Assembly (NCBI GenBank): GCA_963713865.1
Contig: OY970208.1
Location: 2,240,001 to 2,304,000 of the forward strand
Direction of reading: 5' to 3'
From: an uncultured candidate division Zixibacteria bacterium
Lineage (GTDB): Bacteria; Zixibacteria; MSB-5A5; RBG-16-43-9
DNA: 64,000 bases
The position numbers were made by a program, and so were the translations under genes. The notes below the pieces were generated by a model, which ran no database searches, had not been told where the DNA came from, and saw only the letters and a program-made list of their open reading frames with translations. Shown here in pieces: positions 61,474-64,000 of the stretch; within the stretch, counting starts at the first letter, position 1; the number at the start of each line of letters is the position of its first letter.

Positions 61474-62595
61474 TCAAGCTGCATCTTGCATTTTCCCACT
61501 TAATGATAGGTATCCTAAATTCTTCGCCTCCTGATATTTTTCCTTTTTCCCTTCTTCCGCTGTCGCAATTTTTTCTTCCATGATCTGAAGAAACTGACCG
61601 GTTACGGTATGCAAAGGGAATTTTGAGCTGGAAAGCTCATCCCCAAAGACTTGAGATTCATACTCAAATTCAAGATGAAGAAATTGATCCTCTAATACTT
61701 CTTTCAATTTAGCAATATCCTGATTATTTGATAATTTTTGATTTCCTTTAAACCTGACTTTTAAGATATTTTGTTCCCCTTTATAGTTTTCTATCTCCCT
61801 TAAAATCTCAGAGTAGTTTTTAAATTTATCTAAATACAGCTCAATCTCCTCCCATTTTATTTCCCCAATTTTGACCTTATCAACCTTGATCTGGTTTTCA
61901 TTCAATTCTATCATTAAAACATTTCCAGAATCTTTTTCATCATACTTCAACTGTTCAGGAGAACCAGAATAATAAGTATGGGGATTCTTAGAGATCTCTT
62001 GAAAAGAGTGCCAGTGTCCTAAGGCGATGTAATTAAAACCGCTATTTCCAATCTCCTCTAAAGTGATGGGAAAATCATCCTCCTGGCTTTTAGAAGGAAT
62101 TTGAAACGAGCCATGAGCCAGAGCGATATTGTATTTTGAATTAAAGCCTTGATTTAATTTTGGAAGCGGACTTTCCTTGCTCCGGTTTGATCTGTTACCT
62201 TTCCCATATACCGTTACCCCTAACTCCTCGAAAAAAATAAAAGGTTTTTCCTCATTCACTAAAAAATGGAGATTAGGAGGAAAAGAGCTCGGATCTATGT
62301 TTCTGTAAATGGAGGAGTTATCATAACAGTCATGAGTCCCTGGAATCAGGCAGATTTGTGTTTTATTAAGCCTTGAAAACTCGCCTAAGACGAATCCTAA
62401 AGTAGCATTAGATACCTGATTGGAATTGAATAGGTCACCAGAGACCAATAACAGGTCCACCTTTTGCTCCAAGGCTAAGTCTATGATTTTCATAAAGGTT
62501 TTCTTGAGCTGGGCTCTCAGCCTATCTCCACTTCTACCTAAGCCTGAGAATTTGGCTCCTAAGTGAAGATCAGCCGTATGCAGGATTTTTAACAT
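61474..62595 (-). CDS. Mre11/SbcD-like DNA repair exonuclease (YhaO type)
   Basis: HTADLHLG, SGDLF, PGTHD, AHG, ALGHWH and YSGSPE motifs. Confidence 0.9.
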   Translation of the reverse strand: MLKILHTADLHLGAKFSGLGRSGDRLRAQLKKTFMKIIDLALEQKVDLLLVSGDLFNSNQVSNATLGFVLGEFSRLNKTQICLIPGTHDCYDNSSIYRNIDPSSFPPNLHFLVNEEKPFIFFEELGVTVYGKGNRSNRSKESPLPKLNQGFNSKYNIALAHGSFQIPSKSQEDDFPITLEEIGNSGFNYIALGHWHSFQEISKNPHTYYSGSPEQLKYDEKDSGNVLMIELNENQIKVDKVKIGEIKWEEIELYLDKFKNYSEILREIENYKGEQNILKVRFKGNQKLSNNQDIAKLKEVLEDQFLHLEFEYESQVFGDELSSSKFPLHTVTGQFLQIMEEKIATAEEGKKEKYQEAKNLGYLSLSGKMQDAA

Positions 62596-62681
62596 TTCCC
62601 CTCCGGAAAGCTTATTCCTTGATTATATGATTCCAATTCATTTTATCGGCTGAAATCAACAAATATTTTAGGATAAAATAT

Positions 62682-62921
62682 GGTAACCGCAAATCCTACG
62701 GTGGCTACACCAGACGCAGTCTCCGTTTCAAAGGACTTCAGCTTACGATTAAATAACTTACCCTAAATCCTTCTCTTAAAAAAGAGAGGGATTTTTACCC
62801 CCTTCTCTTTTAAAGTCGAAGATCCCGCAGGAAGCGGGGAGAAGGGGGTAGGAGATGAGTTCAGACTCGCAGACCAACATTCGTCCTGAGGGATTCAGTC
62901 CGAAGGAAGTCTGCGCCTACC
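62682..62921. repeat. Multiply nested palindromic repeat cluster
   Basis: An outer GTAACCGCA...TGCGCCTACC doublet encloses double-hairpin element copy 3 (62755-62861); each part carries inserts. Confidence 0.8.
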
Positions 62922-62963
62922 GATTGAATATTAATTTTATTCTCTCTTGAACCCTTAAACCTT

Positions 62964-64000
62964 TTATCTTCTAATCAATTTCGTTACTGCTTCAATATGA
63001 TAAGTCTGAGGAAACATATCTATCGGCTGGATTTTCTCTATTTTATAATATCTTTCACATAAAAGCTTCATGTCACGGGCTAAGGTGGCTGGATTACAGG
63101 AAACATAGATGATTTTTTCTGGTTTGAGACTCAGAATTAAGGAAACCACCTTCTCATGCATCCCGCCCCTGGGCGGGTCTGCCACGATAACTTCTGGATT
63201 ATAGTCCTCCTGCCTGAGTGAATTTAAGACCTCTCTAGCTTCGCCTAAAACAAAGCGGCAATTGTTTATGGAATTCAGCTCTGCATTTCTTTGAGCATTT
63301 TCTATGGCATCTTCAACTGCCTCTATTCCGGTAACCCTTTTGGCTTTCTCCGCCAAGAAAAAGGAAATAGCTCCTGTGCCTGAATATAAATCCAAAACCT
63401 CCTCAGAGCCATCCAGTCCTGCATATTCGCAGACAATTTCAAAAAGCTTTTCTGCCTGTTTGGTATTGGTTTGAAAAAAAGAGTTGGCAGAGATCTCAAA
63501 ATAGAATTTACCCAATTTTTCCTGAATCTTTCTTTCCCCGGCTAAAGACAGTTCTTCTTCCCCCACTGCTATATTAGCTAATTTAGTATTTATATTTTGT
63601 ACCACACTCTTGATCTGAAGAAAGCTTTTCATAAGCCCACCGGCAAATCTTTCTGAGGATTTGAATTCTCCTGAGTCGGTAACCAGATTAACCATCATCT
63701 CCGTCTTATTTTTACCTTCCCTCAAAGCCAAGTATCTCAAAAAACCATTATGCTCTCTAACGTCATAAGGGATGAGATTCTCCTTTCTGCAAAAATCTCT
63801 TACCCATTCGACGATTTGATTTGAGACCTCAGACTGAAGATAACATTTTTCCAAATCGAAAACCTGTTTGAAATTTTGATAAGGATGTAAACCCAGAATC
63901 AGTTTTTTGTCAGGATCAGCCCCAAAGGAGAATTCCATTTTGTTGCGGTAATAATAAGTATCTTCTGAACCCAGGATTTTTTCAACCTCGAAATCGGAGA
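62964..64000 (-). CDS. rlmD: 23S rRNA m5U methyltransferase (RlmD/RlmCD), partial (5' end outside the window)
   Basis: YYYRNKMEFSF continues upstream of the ORF-track start; SFFQTN, DLYSGTG, DPPR, YVSCNP and DMFPQT.H.E motifs. Confidence 0.93.
   Translation of the reverse strand, partial: SDFEVEKILGSEDTYYYRNKMEFSFGADPDKKLILGLHPYQNFKQVFDLEKCYLQSEVSNQIVEWVRDFCRKENLIPYDVREHNGFLRYLALREGKNKTEMMVNLVTDSGEFKSSERFAGGLMKSFLQIKSVVQNINTKLANIAVGEEELSLAGERKIQEKLGKFYFEISANSFFQTNTKQAEKLFEIVCEYAGLDGSEEVLDLYSGTGAISFFLAEKAKRVTGIEAVEDAIENAQRNAELNSINNCRFVLGEAREVLNSLRQEDYNPEVIVADPPRGGMHEKVVSLILSLKPEKIIYVSCNPATLARDMKLLCERYYKIEKIQPIDMFPQTYHIEAVTKLIRR

Overview
AT-rich bacterial chromosomal segment from a diderm organism. 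It carries an LpxH-like enzyme, an Omp85 barrel, a TonB-dependent receptor and proteins with FlgD-Ig/T9SS-like C-terminal domains. This content suggests an FCB-group lineage such as Zixibacteria, which is inference only. Housekeeping genes include dnaE, a ppiD-like foldase, gdhA, purL, murA, leuC/leuD-like, recR-ybaB-dnaX, a large Alu-type SRP RNA, tRNA-Ala(CGC), rtcA, an Mre11/Rad50-like yhaO/yhaN pair and partial rlmD. No transposase, integrase, phage module or CRISPR array is visible. The most interesting signals are: (1) an aconitase-family LeuC/HacA large subunit fused to two tandem HTH-like repeats; (2) a sigma54-controlled unit with a twin Cys4 protein, an intact GDH and a GDH paralogue lacking two active-site lysines, next to a two-component system, a third GDH and two Rex-like boxes; (3) two tandem pairs of Ser/Thr kinase-TolB_N-TPR genes showing domain swapping and loss or gain of a TM helix, with the same REP element 10-11 nt before a kinase start codon at both loci; (4) a dense set of nested palindromic mini-elements that insert into each other, supply stop codons, and in one case apparently sit in frame inside rtcA. 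Two genes carry +1 frameshifts that can both be placed at a GTTCTGG motif.
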